Made by a program: the position numbers and the translations under genes | Origin: a virus | Taxonomy: Duplodnaviria; Caudoviricetes | Reading direction: 5' to 3' (one strand) | Virus record (IMG/VR): IMGVR_UViG_3300025120_010521 | DNA: 64,000 nucleotides | In this document: piece after piece, positions 55,075 to 64,000 of the stretch | Layout: every line of letters starts with the position of its first letter | How positions within the stretch are numbered: the stretch's first letter is position 1 | The notes under the pieces: generated by a model | What the model was told of the DNA's origin: nothing | What the model saw: only the letters and a program-made list of their open reading frames with translations | Databases searched by the model: none

Positions 55075-55101
55075 AAAAGGGCGAGTAAAACCCGCCCTTT
55101 T
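55075..55101. terminator. Intrinsic terminator
   Basis: AAAAGGGCG-AGTAAAACC-CGCCCTTTT. Confidence 0.7.
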
Positions 55102-55134
55102 AAGTATCTTGTATTCTAGCTAATCAATTAATGA

Positions 55135-55443
55135 TTATGCTTTTGTTTGATCGAAGTCTGCTAATATAGTTGAAGCCGCACCTGTTACGCCTAATGCGTT
55201 TGATGAGTCAGCTACGTATGTAATTGTGCTTTGTAAAGCAAATTGCACGTTATCAGCTTGATCGTCTGAAGTATAACCATCTACAGCCGCTACTGTGTGA
55301 CCTTCTGTTTTAAGAGATTGGATCAAAGTAGTTAATTCTGCACGAGTGATGTTTGTTTTCGCTACGTTAATGATTTGAGTTCTTGGACCTAGACCATTAC
55401 CGTTATCACCTGTTGGTTTACCTGAAGTTGGACCGAATGACAT
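55135..55443 (-). CDS. Hypothetical (probably virion) protein
   Basis: AAGGAG SD, late motif, own terminator. Confidence 0.7.
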   Translation of the reverse strand: MSFGPTSGKPTGDNGNGLGPRTQIINVAKTNITRAELTTLIQSLKTEGHTVAAVDGYTSDDQADNVQFALQSTITYVADSSNALGVTGAASTILADFDQTKA

Positions 55444-55570
55444 AATATTGTCTCCTTAAATTTTTTAAAACTGCAATATGACCCATATTGTTCATATCGC
55501 AATCGTTACAGTTTTATTTATGCTTGAGAGGCCTATATTATGTGATAATATATAGATTTCTATTTATATT

Positions 55571-56023
55571 TTAAATTAGACTTTGAAAAGTACCCTGTTT
55601 ATTAATTGTAAGTACTTGTTTTCGGTTATCGGCATTGTCTTTATATGATATATGAACCCAGCCACTACGTGGGTCCTTGCCATTATAAAATTCAAGTATT
55701 AGCTGATCGAAGTCTAAATTGTTTTTGATCCATTCTGCTAAATCTCTATTGCTGAGAGTTGGTACTTCTATATCTGCCGCTTCTCCAAAACAATGCTGTG
55801 ATTTTTTGGAACCACCAATTGCTGTGTTTAATTTTTTACATCTATAACCTGAATTAATTACTGTAGGACCAAACTTATCTCTAACAGGCTGTAATATTTC
55901 TTCTGCAAGTGTTTGCATTTTAGAAACAATATCAGGATCTTTTGGTAAGTTATCAATACCTTTACGTAATGCTGTTTGACTTTTGCAAAGTTCTGCTAGT
56001 GAAAAATTATTAGTGAGTTGCAT
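55571..56023 (-). CDS. Peptidase M15A (Zn D-Ala-D-Ala peptidase-like)
   Basis: NFSLAEL, INSGYRC..LN..IGG...SQH..GEAAD, WVHIS. Confidence 0.9.
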   Translation of the reverse strand: MQLTNNFSLAELCKSQTALRKGIDNLPKDPDIVSKMQTLAEEILQPVRDKFGPTVINSGYRCKKLNTAIGGSKKSQHCFGEAADIEVPTLSNRDLAEWIKNNLDFDQLILEFYNGKDPRSGWVHISYKDNADNRKQVLTINKQGTFQSLI

Positions 56024-56456
56024 GATTATCTTTTCCTTCTACCATGTCTCCGTATGTTTTGTAACCTGTTTTTACACTTTCATCTTTTGGATAATATATT
56101 TCACAACCATTTTCACCATCTTCAGATACTTCAATTCTTACATCACGTTTAACATACTTTTGCTTAATTTCTTTATATAAATCATCTGCCATCATTTCAC
56201 ATGACTTATAATCAAGTTCAAGTGTTTTTTCTGCATATAGTTTTTCAAGCCATCTTTTAAACTGTATAAATTCAATATCTCTATCATCATGGAATACTTC
56301 AATAGCGACTTTAAAATGAAATATATGTCTATGTGGATATCCTAAAAAACTAACATCATATTCATCACCTGTTGCAAGTTTAGGGTCATCTAATGCCGCC
56401 GGATACTTATGTATTCCTTCTTTTCTAAATGTTACCCAAATTAGTTTTTTCATCAA
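56010..56456 (-). CDS. QueD/6-pyruvoyl-tetrahydropterin-synthase-like T-fold protein
   Basis: EGIH.YP, HRHIFHFKV, DRDIEF, SCEMMA, VSEDGENG. Confidence 0.65.
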   Translation of the reverse strand: MMKKLIWVTFRKEGIHKYPAALDDPKLATGDEYDVSFLGYPHRHIFHFKVAIEVFHDDRDIEFIQFKRWLEKLYAEKTLELDYKSCEMMADDLYKEIKQKYVKRDVRIEVSEDGENGCEIYYPKDESVKTGYKTYGDMVEGKDNHATH

Positions 56457-56653
56457 TCTATCTCCGTTCTAACTATGTGTTTCCTTAATGCTCTAACAAG
56501 CTCTTCAATTTTATCAATACAGCCAATTAAATCTCTATCTGTTATATACTTAGATTTTTCTTTTAGCTTGTCATATTCTTTTAATGGTATTGTTACCATT
56601 GACTGCTCGTTTTCATAAGTTTTATCATGATCGTAATCATCTACACTTGTCAT
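56453..56653 (-). CDS. Hypothetical protein
   Basis: GGAGG SD, 66 aa. Confidence 0.6.
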   Translation of the reverse strand: MTSVDDYDHDKTYENEQSMVTIPLKEYDKLKEKSKYITDRDLIGCIDKIEELVRALRKHIVRTEID

Positions 56654-56829
56654 AAACCTCCGTTGTTATTATTTTTTAACTTATCTTTTGCTATTAGTTT
56701 TTCTTTTTTTAGATTCACTAATTCTTCTTTGGTTAACCAATCTCTAGCATGTTGTCTTAATTTTTCTGCTTCGTTTACTTTTTTCTTTAAGTTTTTATGT
56801 TCTTGCTTTAGTTCTTTTGCTGTTACCAT
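56650..56829 (-). CDS. DUF465/YdcH-like coiled-coil protein (59 aa), not in ORF track
   Basis: ELKQEHKNLKKKVNEAE...LVNLKKEKLIAKDKL; AAGGAG SD; ATGA overlap downstream. Confidence 0.6.
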   Translation of the reverse strand: MVTAKELKQEHKNLKKKVNEAEKLRQHARDWLTKEELVNLKKEKLIAKDKLKNNNNGGL

Positions 56830-57031
56830 TTGTACTCCTTATAAAGTCTTTTGCTGTTGGTTCTAACTTTTTTAACCTAAAACTTAATGCTTTTTTATCG
56901 CCTTTGCTTGTAACAATAACAGGCTGTCCATGTAAATCTTTTTTAATATCTTTAATTTTTGCACTGACATTTTTAAATCTACCAAGCTCAATGCTGTCAC
57001 CAACTTTCAATGTTATTGTTGTTGATTTCAT
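56795..57031 (-). CDS. Hypothetical protein
   Basis: 78-aa ORF. Confidence 0.55.
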   Translation of the reverse strand: MKSTTITLKVGDSIELGRFKNVSAKIKDIKKDLHGQPVIVTSKGDKKALSFRLKKLEPTAKDFIRSTNGNSKRTKART

Positions 57032-57549
57032 ACTGGCTTATCCTTTTTATATTCTTCCCAACCTGTATAGTTATTTGGAACTTTAATTGTTTCTATAGTA
57101 GTAGACCATACTCCATTATTTGTTGCTTCAAAATCTTCATCATCAAGTTTAATATTGATTGTTCCTTTAATTTTATCAATGTTAGGAACTACAATTGCAT
57201 AAGTTAAACTAAATCTTGCATGTGAAAGAAACTGTTTTATTTGATTTGGAACTGTTACAGGATCAACATCGACTGTTACATGTAGCTTTGCATTTAAACA
57301 TTCTTTAATAAGATCAAACATAGGATCTGTCCATTGTTTTTTCCAGTTTTTAAATGAATGATTGGCTCCAAAATAAATTTGTTCTATATCATGTTTAATG
57401 ACTTTGTTAACAAAATTTACTGGTGTTTCTTTTGGAACCCCAACTACAAAATATGTGTTCATTCCATAGCAAGGAGTTCTTTCAACTTCTATGCCAACAA
57501 AGTCAGTGACATTCTCTTTGATCTCTTGATTATCGTATTCTCGCTTCAT
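57028..57549 (-). CDS. Hypothetical protein in the TGT/QueD neighbourhood
   Basis: 173 aa; FVGIEVERTP, IYFGANHSF, KLDD.DF.ATN.GVW. Confidence 0.7.
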   Translation of the reverse strand: MKREYDNQEIKENVTDFVGIEVERTPCYGMNTYFVVGVPKETPVNFVNKVIKHDIEQIYFGANHSFKNWKKQWTDPMFDLIKECLNAKLHVTVDVDPVTVPNQIKQFLSHARFSLTYAIVVPNIDKIKGTINIKLDDEDFEATNNGVWSTTIETIKVPNNYTGWEEYKKDKPV

Positions 57550-57584
57550 TGTACAATAATAACATACATACAGATTTTGTCAAT

Positions 57585-57989
57585 CTATATGTCGCCTTCT
57601 TTTCTATTTTCACTTTTGGCCACATTAAATTCACCTTCTGGATATCTGGCCATTAGCTTTTCTTTATTCATACTAATTACTTTGTTAGGATCAACACCAA
57701 GTGCCATACACCCTTGTGTCCAATACCACATAACATCACCAAGTTCTTTAATCATGTGTGTTTTAGTTTCTTCTGTTAGTGGCTTTCCTTGAAACACTAG
57801 TTTTTTTACAATTTCTGTAAACTCTCCTGATTCTGCTGATAATCCCATTGCCGCTGTTAGTAATCTTGGAACATCTTTATTTCCTAAATCATCTAACCTT
57901 TGTCTAAATGCTGTTGAATCTTTAGATTCGTTGCTGGTAACTTTATCCACAAACTGTGAATATTCTTTTAAATCAATCTCTGACATCAT
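57585..57989 (-). CDS. mazG: MazG-like nucleotide pyrophosphohydrolase
   Basis: GLSAESGEFTEIVKK...ELGDVMWY...N.EKL..RYP. Confidence 0.88.
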   Translation of the reverse strand: MMSEIDLKEYSQFVDKVTSNESKDSTAFRQRLDDLGNKDVPRLLTAAMGLSAESGEFTEIVKKLVFQGKPLTEETKTHMIKELGDVMWYWTQGCMALGVDPNKVISMNKEKLMARYPEGEFNVAKSENRKEGDI

Positions 57990-58206
57990 CTTCCTCCATT
58001 TGCTCTTCTACTTTGTCTACAAGTTCTTTTACGTCCTGTTGCCATAAAATTCTATCTTGTGGTATTGCTTTAATTAATTCTTTAACTGTTTTTTTTAGTT
58101 CGTTGTACTTGTACTTCATATTGGCTGATTCATTTTTATATTCATTTGCCATATATTCCGCTGTGTATCTCATTTGTGCTTCTTTGTTTTGCCAATCTGA
58201 TGACAT
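57973..58206 (-). CDS. Hypothetical protein
   Basis: 77-aa ORF coupled to both neighbours. Confidence 0.6.
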   Translation of the reverse strand: MSSDWQNKEAQMRYTAEYMANEYKNESANMKYKYNELKKTVKELIKAIPQDRILWQQDVKELVDKVEEQMEEDDVRD

Positions 58207-59732
58207 TATACAGTTTCTAACACCTTTTCCAACTCTTCTAATTTTACATCATTTGGATCACCTAGATCGCCATCACCCATTGAGCTTTGTGTATCAACAT
58301 CAAATAGATTAGTGAAGTTGTTACCAGATTGTCCAGTCCATCTCACACCTCTTATGTCATGTAAGAATGCTTGGTTGTCTTCTAACATCTGCATAGGAGT
58401 TTCTGACTTGAAGAAATCTTCAATGAAAGCATTAAAGTAAAGTACATTTCTAGGACACCAGTCACTAAATTCTGCTGATGTTTCTTTTTGTTTTACTTTA
58501 CGCCAGTGTCTGTAATCTGGCTTGTGTATAGATGATTCAATATCAGTAATTTGATTTGCTTTTTGTACAATCTTAATATGTTGATTAACATTATGACCCA
58601 TCATCAATGCATAAGCAAATGAATCCCAAGATGTTTTACCTTCTTTGCCTACCTTGTTTAAATCACCAGGCCCATACCAACAAATATCACCAATAGTAAG
58701 CCTTCTGCCAATCTCCGACTCCCATGGAAACGGTATAGTAGAAAGTTTTAATGCTTTACTATCAGTTGCTTTGTCCATAATATATGACCATCGCTTGTTA
58801 GTATGAACCGGTGAAGTATATACCAAACCATGTGCTGTTGCCACAAACGCACTTGCACTATCATAAGATACTGTCAGGTTTGGATTTACATGCTTTCTTA
58901 GTTGCCTTTGAATTGACGTTAAGAAACAAGCCCAATCTAATTTACTTGTACCAAGAAAGTGTATCCAATCTCTGTTATCAAGTAATTTAGAATCACGTAA
59001 TATAATTAGGCGTCGGAGAGCCATTGTCATATCACACATATTGTTTCCGCCAAATGCCCAACCTTCAAATGGAAAATGCTTCACAGCATCATACCATACG
59101 TCTCCAGTTGGAATATCAAAGCCTTGAAGCACGTTCAGAAACTTTGTTTGTCCAAGTCTATGTTTTAAAAAATATTCATTGTTATGTACTGTACCTGAAA
59201 TACAATCACCATACGATTTCAATCCTGTCTTAGGGCTGTGTGTGGCATCACTTGCCCAACTAGGAATATCTAACACCATTGACCAATCTGCTGTAAGTTC
59301 TAACCAATGTAGAATCTTATTACGCATTGTGTTTGCAGATTTGCCTTTGAAGTTTTCCCAATCAAATTTTAGTATGCCTTTACCAATTTGATATCCACCA
59401 CTGTCACCTACAATAATAGTATCTTTTTTATTTCTTGTGTGAAACATTGATTCGTTCACAATAGATTTTTCAACATCTAGATGAGCGTGGCCGGCTGAGT
59501 ATAAGCCATATTTGTAATTGAAGTAACCTTTTTCTTTGTTAAGATAGTTTAGTCCTTCAATACCATTTTCAAATCCTTTTGGGATTCTATCATCTGGCAC
59601 AAACTGTTTGTCAGTTCCGCCTGTTTGTTGTTGCTTACTTACATAAGTTTGATAAAAGCCACTAACTGCTGGTAAAAACACAGCATAGTCTTTGTGGCTG
59701 GCTGTTAGATCTTCTCCGTATGGTTTTGACAC
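58206..59732 (-). CDS. tRNA-guanine transglycosylase-like (DpdA/TGT family) protein
   Basis: DSGGYQI, LDIP, FLNVLQG, GWAFGG, IHFLGTS, SYDSAS. Confidence 0.75.
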   Translation of the reverse strand: MSKPYGEDLTASHKDYAVFLPAVSGFYQTYVSKQQQTGGTDKQFVPDDRIPKGFENGIEGLNYLNKEKGYFNYKYGLYSAGHAHLDVEKSIVNESMFHTRNKKDTIIVGDSGGYQIGKGILKFDWENFKGKSANTMRNKILHWLELTADWSMVLDIPSWASDATHSPKTGLKSYGDCISGTVHNNEYFLKHRLGQTKFLNVLQGFDIPTGDVWYDAVKHFPFEGWAFGGNNMCDMTMALRRLIILRDSKLLDNRDWIHFLGTSKLDWACFLTSIQRQLRKHVNPNLTVSYDSASAFVATAHGLVYTSPVHTNKRWSYIMDKATDSKALKLSTIPFPWESEIGRRLTIGDICWYGPGDLNKVGKEGKTSWDSFAYALMMGHNVNQHIKIVQKANQITDIESSIHKPDYRHWRKVKQKETSAEFSDWCPRNVLYFNAFIEDFFKSETPMQMLEDNQAFLHDIRGVRWTGQSGNNFTNLFDVDTQSSMGDGDLGDPNDVKLEELEKVLETV

Positions 59733-60475
59733 TATTGACTCCTAGCAGGTAGGATATAGTCATAAGTTGCTGTGCCAGAATCAATTGATATCTGCATAGC
59801 ACCTTGATCACTAAATGACATACTTGCTTGTGAAGTATCACTTAATTTCAAAATACTCAATACCTGTGCTAGTGGCCAAGCCCAACCTTTAGTTAGTTTG
59901 CCTTGCACATTTTGAGCAAATGGAATTTCAACTCTGTCATTTGCGCCATCTCCAATATAAAACTTTAGTGTATCACCATCTGTTTTTGCAACAAATGTTG
60001 GCTCAAAGCCACCCATAATACCATTAAAGTAAGTCAAGTCTTTAATATTTTGTTGTGTTGGCTGTACTGTAATATCCCATTCAACACCTTTAAACTTGAT
60101 TGTTTTTAATTGTTCTTCAATTAAAGAACTTACCATGAATCTATAGTTTGCAGTATAACCACCTGGCGATGTAAATTTTAGCTCTTCTGCTGTTTCTACA
60201 CCATCTCTTGTGTTTGTCATAACTTCGATGTTTGCACCATCTTTGCCATATGCTTCATAGTTTAAGTAGCCTGATAGTACACCAAGTCTACCCATTCCAA
60301 TTAATCCTGGAACGTTGTCTAATTTATCTTTTAATTTACCTTTTAGAACTACTGTTCTATCATCATCCATTGCTTCAATACTTGTGCCTTCATCTGTGCT
60401 TTCAAGTTTTACTGCTTGAATAAAGCCCAACGAATGAGTATGTTTTACAATGTCTAGTAATACATCTTTTAACAT
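59732..60475 (-). CDS. DNA sliding clamp (gp45/PCNA-like)
   Basis: 247 aa, repeated beta-alpha-beta pattern, C-terminal YDYILPA, near the polymerase. Confidence 0.65.
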   Translation of the reverse strand: MLKDVLLDIVKHTHSLGFIQAVKLESTDEGTSIEAMDDDRTVVLKGKLKDKLDNVPGLIGMGRLGVLSGYLNYEAYGKDGANIEVMTNTRDGVETAEELKFTSPGGYTANYRFMVSSLIEEQLKTIKFKGVEWDITVQPTQQNIKDLTYFNGIMGGFEPTFVAKTDGDTLKFYIGDGANDRVEIPFAQNVQGKLTKGWAWPLAQVLSILKLSDTSQASMSFSDQGAMQISIDSGTATYDYILPARSQ

Positions 60476-60527
60476 ATTTTTTTACCTCCGACGTTTGTTA
60501 TTTTTACTAATATAACACTTATTTAGG

Positions 60528-61301
60528 TTATCTGTCAACAACTTTATTTGTATAATCCACTGCAATTTTAATATCAATCCATTCAGTTGGTTTTAACGTT
60601 GTTTTCCACCCTAGTTTCTTTAATTCTGAATTATCTGCTGTATTATCGTCAGCTTCTGCATCTTGGCCTTCTTGTATAGGAACATCATATCCTGCATGTT
60701 TTACTATATCAGATACTTTATATCCTTGGCCAGTTCCAACTTCGTAAGTTGTATTTCTATTTTCAGTTCCTTGTTCAACAAATATCATTATTGCTGAAAC
60801 AACATCTTCTACATAAATTAAATCTCGTATGTGTTCTGTAGCAAATTTAACTGTGCCATTGCGTATTCTTGACATTAGCATTGTATCTCTGGCTCCGTCA
60901 CCAAATACTGTTGTAAATCTTAGACCAACTTGCCCAGGATGTGCTACTGCCTCCATTGCTTTTTTGCTTGTGCCATATGGTGACTTCCACCATGCATGTA
61001 CACAAGATGAAGATGCATATACAACAGGAATATTATTTTTATGACATAGGTCAAATATGTTTTTACTATATTCTACATTAGTTGTCCAGTATAATTCTGG
61101 TTCTTTTAAACTACGTCTTACATCTGCTATTGCGGCCAAATGTACGACAAAGTCAATATCTGCTGGTATAGTAGCAGGAGAAAGGTCTTTGATATCTTTC
61201 CCGTGTGCTCTATCCCATTCAATAACTTCATGTCGACCAGCTAGTCGTTGGACTAGATGTTTTCCAATAAATCCTGTACTACCTGTTACAATTATTTTCA
61301 T
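60528..61301 (-). CDS. NAD-dependent epimerase/dehydratase
   Basis: VTGSTGFIG, HLAA, YASS, YGTSK, RDLIYVED. Confidence 0.9.
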   Translation of the reverse strand: MKIIVTGSTGFIGKHLVQRLAGRHEVIEWDRAHGKDIKDLSPATIPADIDFVVHLAAIADVRRSLKEPELYWTTNVEYSKNIFDLCHKNNIPVVYASSSCVHAWWKSPYGTSKKAMEAVAHPGQVGLRFTTVFGDGARDTMLMSRIRNGTVKFATEHIRDLIYVEDVVSAIMIFVEQGTENRNTTYEVGTGQGYKVSDIVKHAGYDVPIQEGQDAEADDNTADNSELKKLGWKTTLKPTEWIDIKIAVDYTNKVVDR

Positions 61302-64000
61302 GCTGACTCAAATAAACTTTCAAATACTGATGATGTTTTTGTTGATTCTAAATCCCAACCTAATTCACTCATTAAGTTACTAACTTTTTGATCAATAATA
61401 GATTGTTCCATACCATCATGATCAAAAGGAAGTTCTTTAAACCATTTTGGAATATTTAACTCATCAATTGGATATGCAATAGATGTAAAGTTCATTGGAT
61501 TTGCTTTTAATTTACACACAATAACCTTTTGTCCATCCATAATTGGCAATGAATATAAATCTTTATATGCACTACGCATTGAATTCCAATTAATACTTGC
61601 TCTTACATGTCCTGGCATTACTGGTTTTTTAATTTTGCCATTTGCACCACCATTAGCCATACGTGATGTAGCACGTTTATATTTTTCAATATCTTGCACA
61701 TATTTGGTTAAGTTGTTTACACGTTTTGGAGTGCCTTTTTCCCAACCAGGTCTGTCTGCAAACTTACGTTTGAATTCTTGTATTGCTGTTAATATTTCTT
61801 TTTTATCAACACCTGTTAAAACTTGTAACAATATGTCTGATAAAAAGTTTTGTACAAAATCAGGAGTATCAGATCTTTTTAAATCAAGCCCCATTGCTTT
61901 TAGTTTACCTGGCTTGTCAACATCTTGCCTATTACCTTCTAAATCATATATTAATGCCGCATATCTTTTCTTTGTGATAAACAATCCTTTTGATGCAACC
62001 ATTTCTCTACCACCTTTAATAATTTCACCATTCTCACGTGGCACATTTGTTGCTTTCATCATAAATGGTGGAAATGATTTGTTTACTTCATCTGCTATGC
62101 TATCATATAATTCAATAACACTTTCTTTAGTCCACGGCAATGCACCACTTTTAACATCTTCTTTAACCATTGGATATGCTGAGAAATAAACAGAGTCTGT
62201 ATCACCATATATAATTGATTTACCTACATGATCATACTCACCTGTCATTATTTGATTTGTGATTGCACCCATGTGTTTTGTGATTGTTCTACCTGTGAGT
62301 GTAACTGACTGACCTATTCTCTGATCAAAAAATCTACATCCAGGATTTAGTATTGCACCGTATAAACTATTCAAGTTAATCTTTTTAACAAGTTGTCTTT
62401 TATCCCAAAACTCTATTTGTTCTTTATCACCACTTGCAATAGCTTCACGCATTTTGCCTTGTAATACTTTTCTTTCTGCAAACCATGTTTCTAACAATCC
62501 AGGAATAACTGCTTTGGTAGTTGTATCAAATATTGTACCATTTGCTGACAAACACCAACCTTGATTTTGATGGAATACAATTGCATATACTTCTGCTCCA
62601 CTCATTTGTTCTGTAGTTCCATCTTCAAAGTCAACAATAATTTCTACTCCGCGATCTTTTTCCATAACTGCTGTGTACTCAATTGTACCAAACATTCCTT
62701 CCCATGCATCTGCGGCAGACTTTTTTTCTTTATAAATTTTGTCATTAATATATTTTTCTGTATGTGTTGGTCTTAACTGTCCAACTATAGTTTCTGGACC
62801 CATATTCAAACATCTAATTACACTAGGATATAGTGAATTAATATCAATTGATGCAATCCAATCATGCAAACCTTTTTTAGGTTTTGCTACATAGGCTCCA
62901 ACTGCCGCACCAGATGAGTGAGGCTCTCTATATGGTCTATTTGGAATAATAAGTCCACGTTTATGTGCTTCATTTACAATTGCTTGTTCTGTTTGTGCAA
63001 CTGCACCCATCGTTGTTTGTAGTAACACAGTATTAGAGTGTGCTAACACATTTGCTAAATCAATAAATTTTAATTTGTCATCAAGTTTTGATAGTAGTGC
63101 AACGTCTTGTCTTGAATAAGCAATAAATTTTTCAAAGTCTTCATTGTAAAGTTGATCAAGTGTTCCTTCATATGGAACTTTCTTTTCATTAACTTCATAC
63201 TCACCAATTGCATCAAGTCTATATGAGTGCATTTCATGATATGTGTATTTCCTATATAATTCCAAATAATCTAAATGTACACGGCCAAAGAAATCAAATG
63301 TTTGTTGTTCATTACCAAACTTTGTAAACATTCTTTCACGTGGATATAAGTCCCACAAACTAAAACGTCTAACATCATCTTTGCTCAATACCATTTCAGT
63401 TCTGTTTACAATGTATGGAATATCAAAACCTTCACTATTCCATCCGCTTAATATATCTGCATCTTCAATTAAATGTAAGAATGTGTTTAGTAATTGAGCT
63501 TCCGTTTCACACAATACAGTATTGTCAAACTTTTTAGCAATTGAATCTGCCATTTCAAATGGCATGTCTTTTGGAGCAAGACATAGTGTAATTAAACTAT
63601 CTAACCAATTAAGATGTACACTGATTGCTGTAATACGTTGATGCGGATCATTTGGTCTTGCAAATCCACGATTCTTATCAAAGTCTACCTCAATATCAAA
63701 TAGTGCTACATGTAGGTTTGGTGCTTCTTTTTCAATATAATTTTCTTCTAAGCATCTAAAAACAGGATTGAGATCTGCTTCATACAATCGCTGACCTTCA
63801 TATAGTTTCTTTTCTCGTTGAAATGATTTATTGTTTAGTGTTTCGAACTTACTTAATGGGCGATTATGTATTGATGTGTGTTGCCCATCTTTATCTTCAT
63901 AATAGAATCTATATGTTGTTGGAAAAGTTTTGTATATTCTTTTTCCATCAATACGTTCTACTATATTGATTTGATCTTTATCTCTATTTAAATATGCGTC
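61298..64000 (-). CDS. Family B DNA polymerase (T4 gp43-like), 5' end beyond the window
   Basis: Exo I FDIEVD, SIDINSLYP, KINLNSLYG, YGDTDS; frame stays open from 63787 to the window end (DAYLNRDKDQINIVER...). Confidence 0.95.
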   Translation of the reverse strand, partial: DAYLNRDKDQINIVERIDGKRIYKTFPTTYRFYYEDKDGQHTSIHNRPLSKFETLNNKSFQREKKLYEGQRLYEADLNPVFRCLEENYIEKEAPNLHVALFDIEVDFDKNRGFARPNDPHQRITAISVHLNWLDSLITLCLAPKDMPFEMADSIAKKFDNTVLCETEAQLLNTFLHLIEDADILSGWNSEGFDIPYIVNRTEMVLSKDDVRRFSLWDLYPRERMFTKFGNEQQTFDFFGRVHLDYLELYRKYTYHEMHSYRLDAIGEYEVNEKKVPYEGTLDQLYNEDFEKFIAYSRQDVALLSKLDDKLKFIDLANVLAHSNTVLLQTTMGAVAQTEQAIVNEAHKRGLIIPNRPYREPHSSGAAVGAYVAKPKKGLHDWIASIDINSLYPSVIRCLNMGPETIVGQLRPTHTEKYINDKIYKEKKSAADAWEGMFGTIEYTAVMEKDRGVEIIVDFEDGTTEQMSGAEVYAIVFHQNQGWCLSANGTIFDTTTKAVIPGLLETWFAERKVLQGKMREAIASGDKEQIEFWDKRQLVKKINLNSLYGAILNPGCRFFDQRIGQSVTLTGRTITKHMGAITNQIMTGEYDHVGKSIIYGDTDSVYFSAYPMVKEDVKSGALPWTKESVIELYDSIADEVNKSFPPFMMKATNVPRENGEIIKGGREMVASKGLFITKKRYAALIYDLEGNRQDVDKPGKLKAMGLDLKRSDTPDFVQNFLSDILLQVLTGVDKKEILTAIQEFKRKFADRPGWEKGTPKRVNNLTKYVQDIEKYKRATSRMANGGANGKIKKPVMPGHVRASINWNSMRSAYKDLYSLPIMDGQKVIVCKLKANPMNFTSIAYPIDELNIPKWFKELPFDHDGMEQSIIDQKVSNLMSELGWDLESTKTSSVFESLFESA

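Noticed and set aside
56453-57600. preQ1 riboswitch near the QueD-like gene
   Set aside because: Intergenic gaps are minimal and no preQ1-like motif was seen.
504-62776. Remaining short opposite-strand ORFs in the ORF track (e.g. 504-779, 5217-5468, 61635-62189)
   Set aside because: Fully nested antisense to well-supported genes, with no SD or recognisable motifs.
63785-63787. TTG start assigned to the DNA polymerase by the ORF track
   Set aside because: The frame is open to the window end with polymerase-like N-terminal sequence; the true start is outside.

Overview
AT-rich segment (roughly 30% GC by eye) of a large tailed dsDNA bacteriophage, probably marine. Most genes are on the minus strand. 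Phage hallmarks are a family-B DNA polymerase running off the right end, a gp45-like sliding clamp, a T4-type lysozyme, a DsbA-like dsDNA-binding protein, long repeat-rich tail-fibre-like genes, six CCA-encoding tRNAs, sigma70-type early promoters and a T4-like late motif (T/G/A)ATAAATA. The most striking content is a large set of tailoring enzymes: 9 radical SAM proteins (one cobalamin-dependent), about 9 HxD/E...H 2OG-Fe(II)-type oxygenases, 2 fatty-acid desaturases, UDP-sugar dehydrogenase, carbamoyltransferase, PLP enzyme, SDRs, GNATs, SET and PRMT-like methyltransferases and two kinase-like paralogs. These come with an apparent in-house cofactor supply: ferredoxin/flavodoxin-NADP+ reductase, flavodoxin, and a BtuB-like outer-membrane receptor plus a DUF6580 membrane protein for B12 uptake. 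A compact glnA-type (glutamine-I) riboswitch sits between a perfect TATAAATA promoter and an unannotated 51-aa basic peptide. A TGT/DpdA-like gene and a QueD-like gene near the replication genes suggest 7-deazaguanine chemistry. All family calls come from recognising motifs by eye; no database searches were run. No CRISPR array, rRNA, integrase or transposase was seen.
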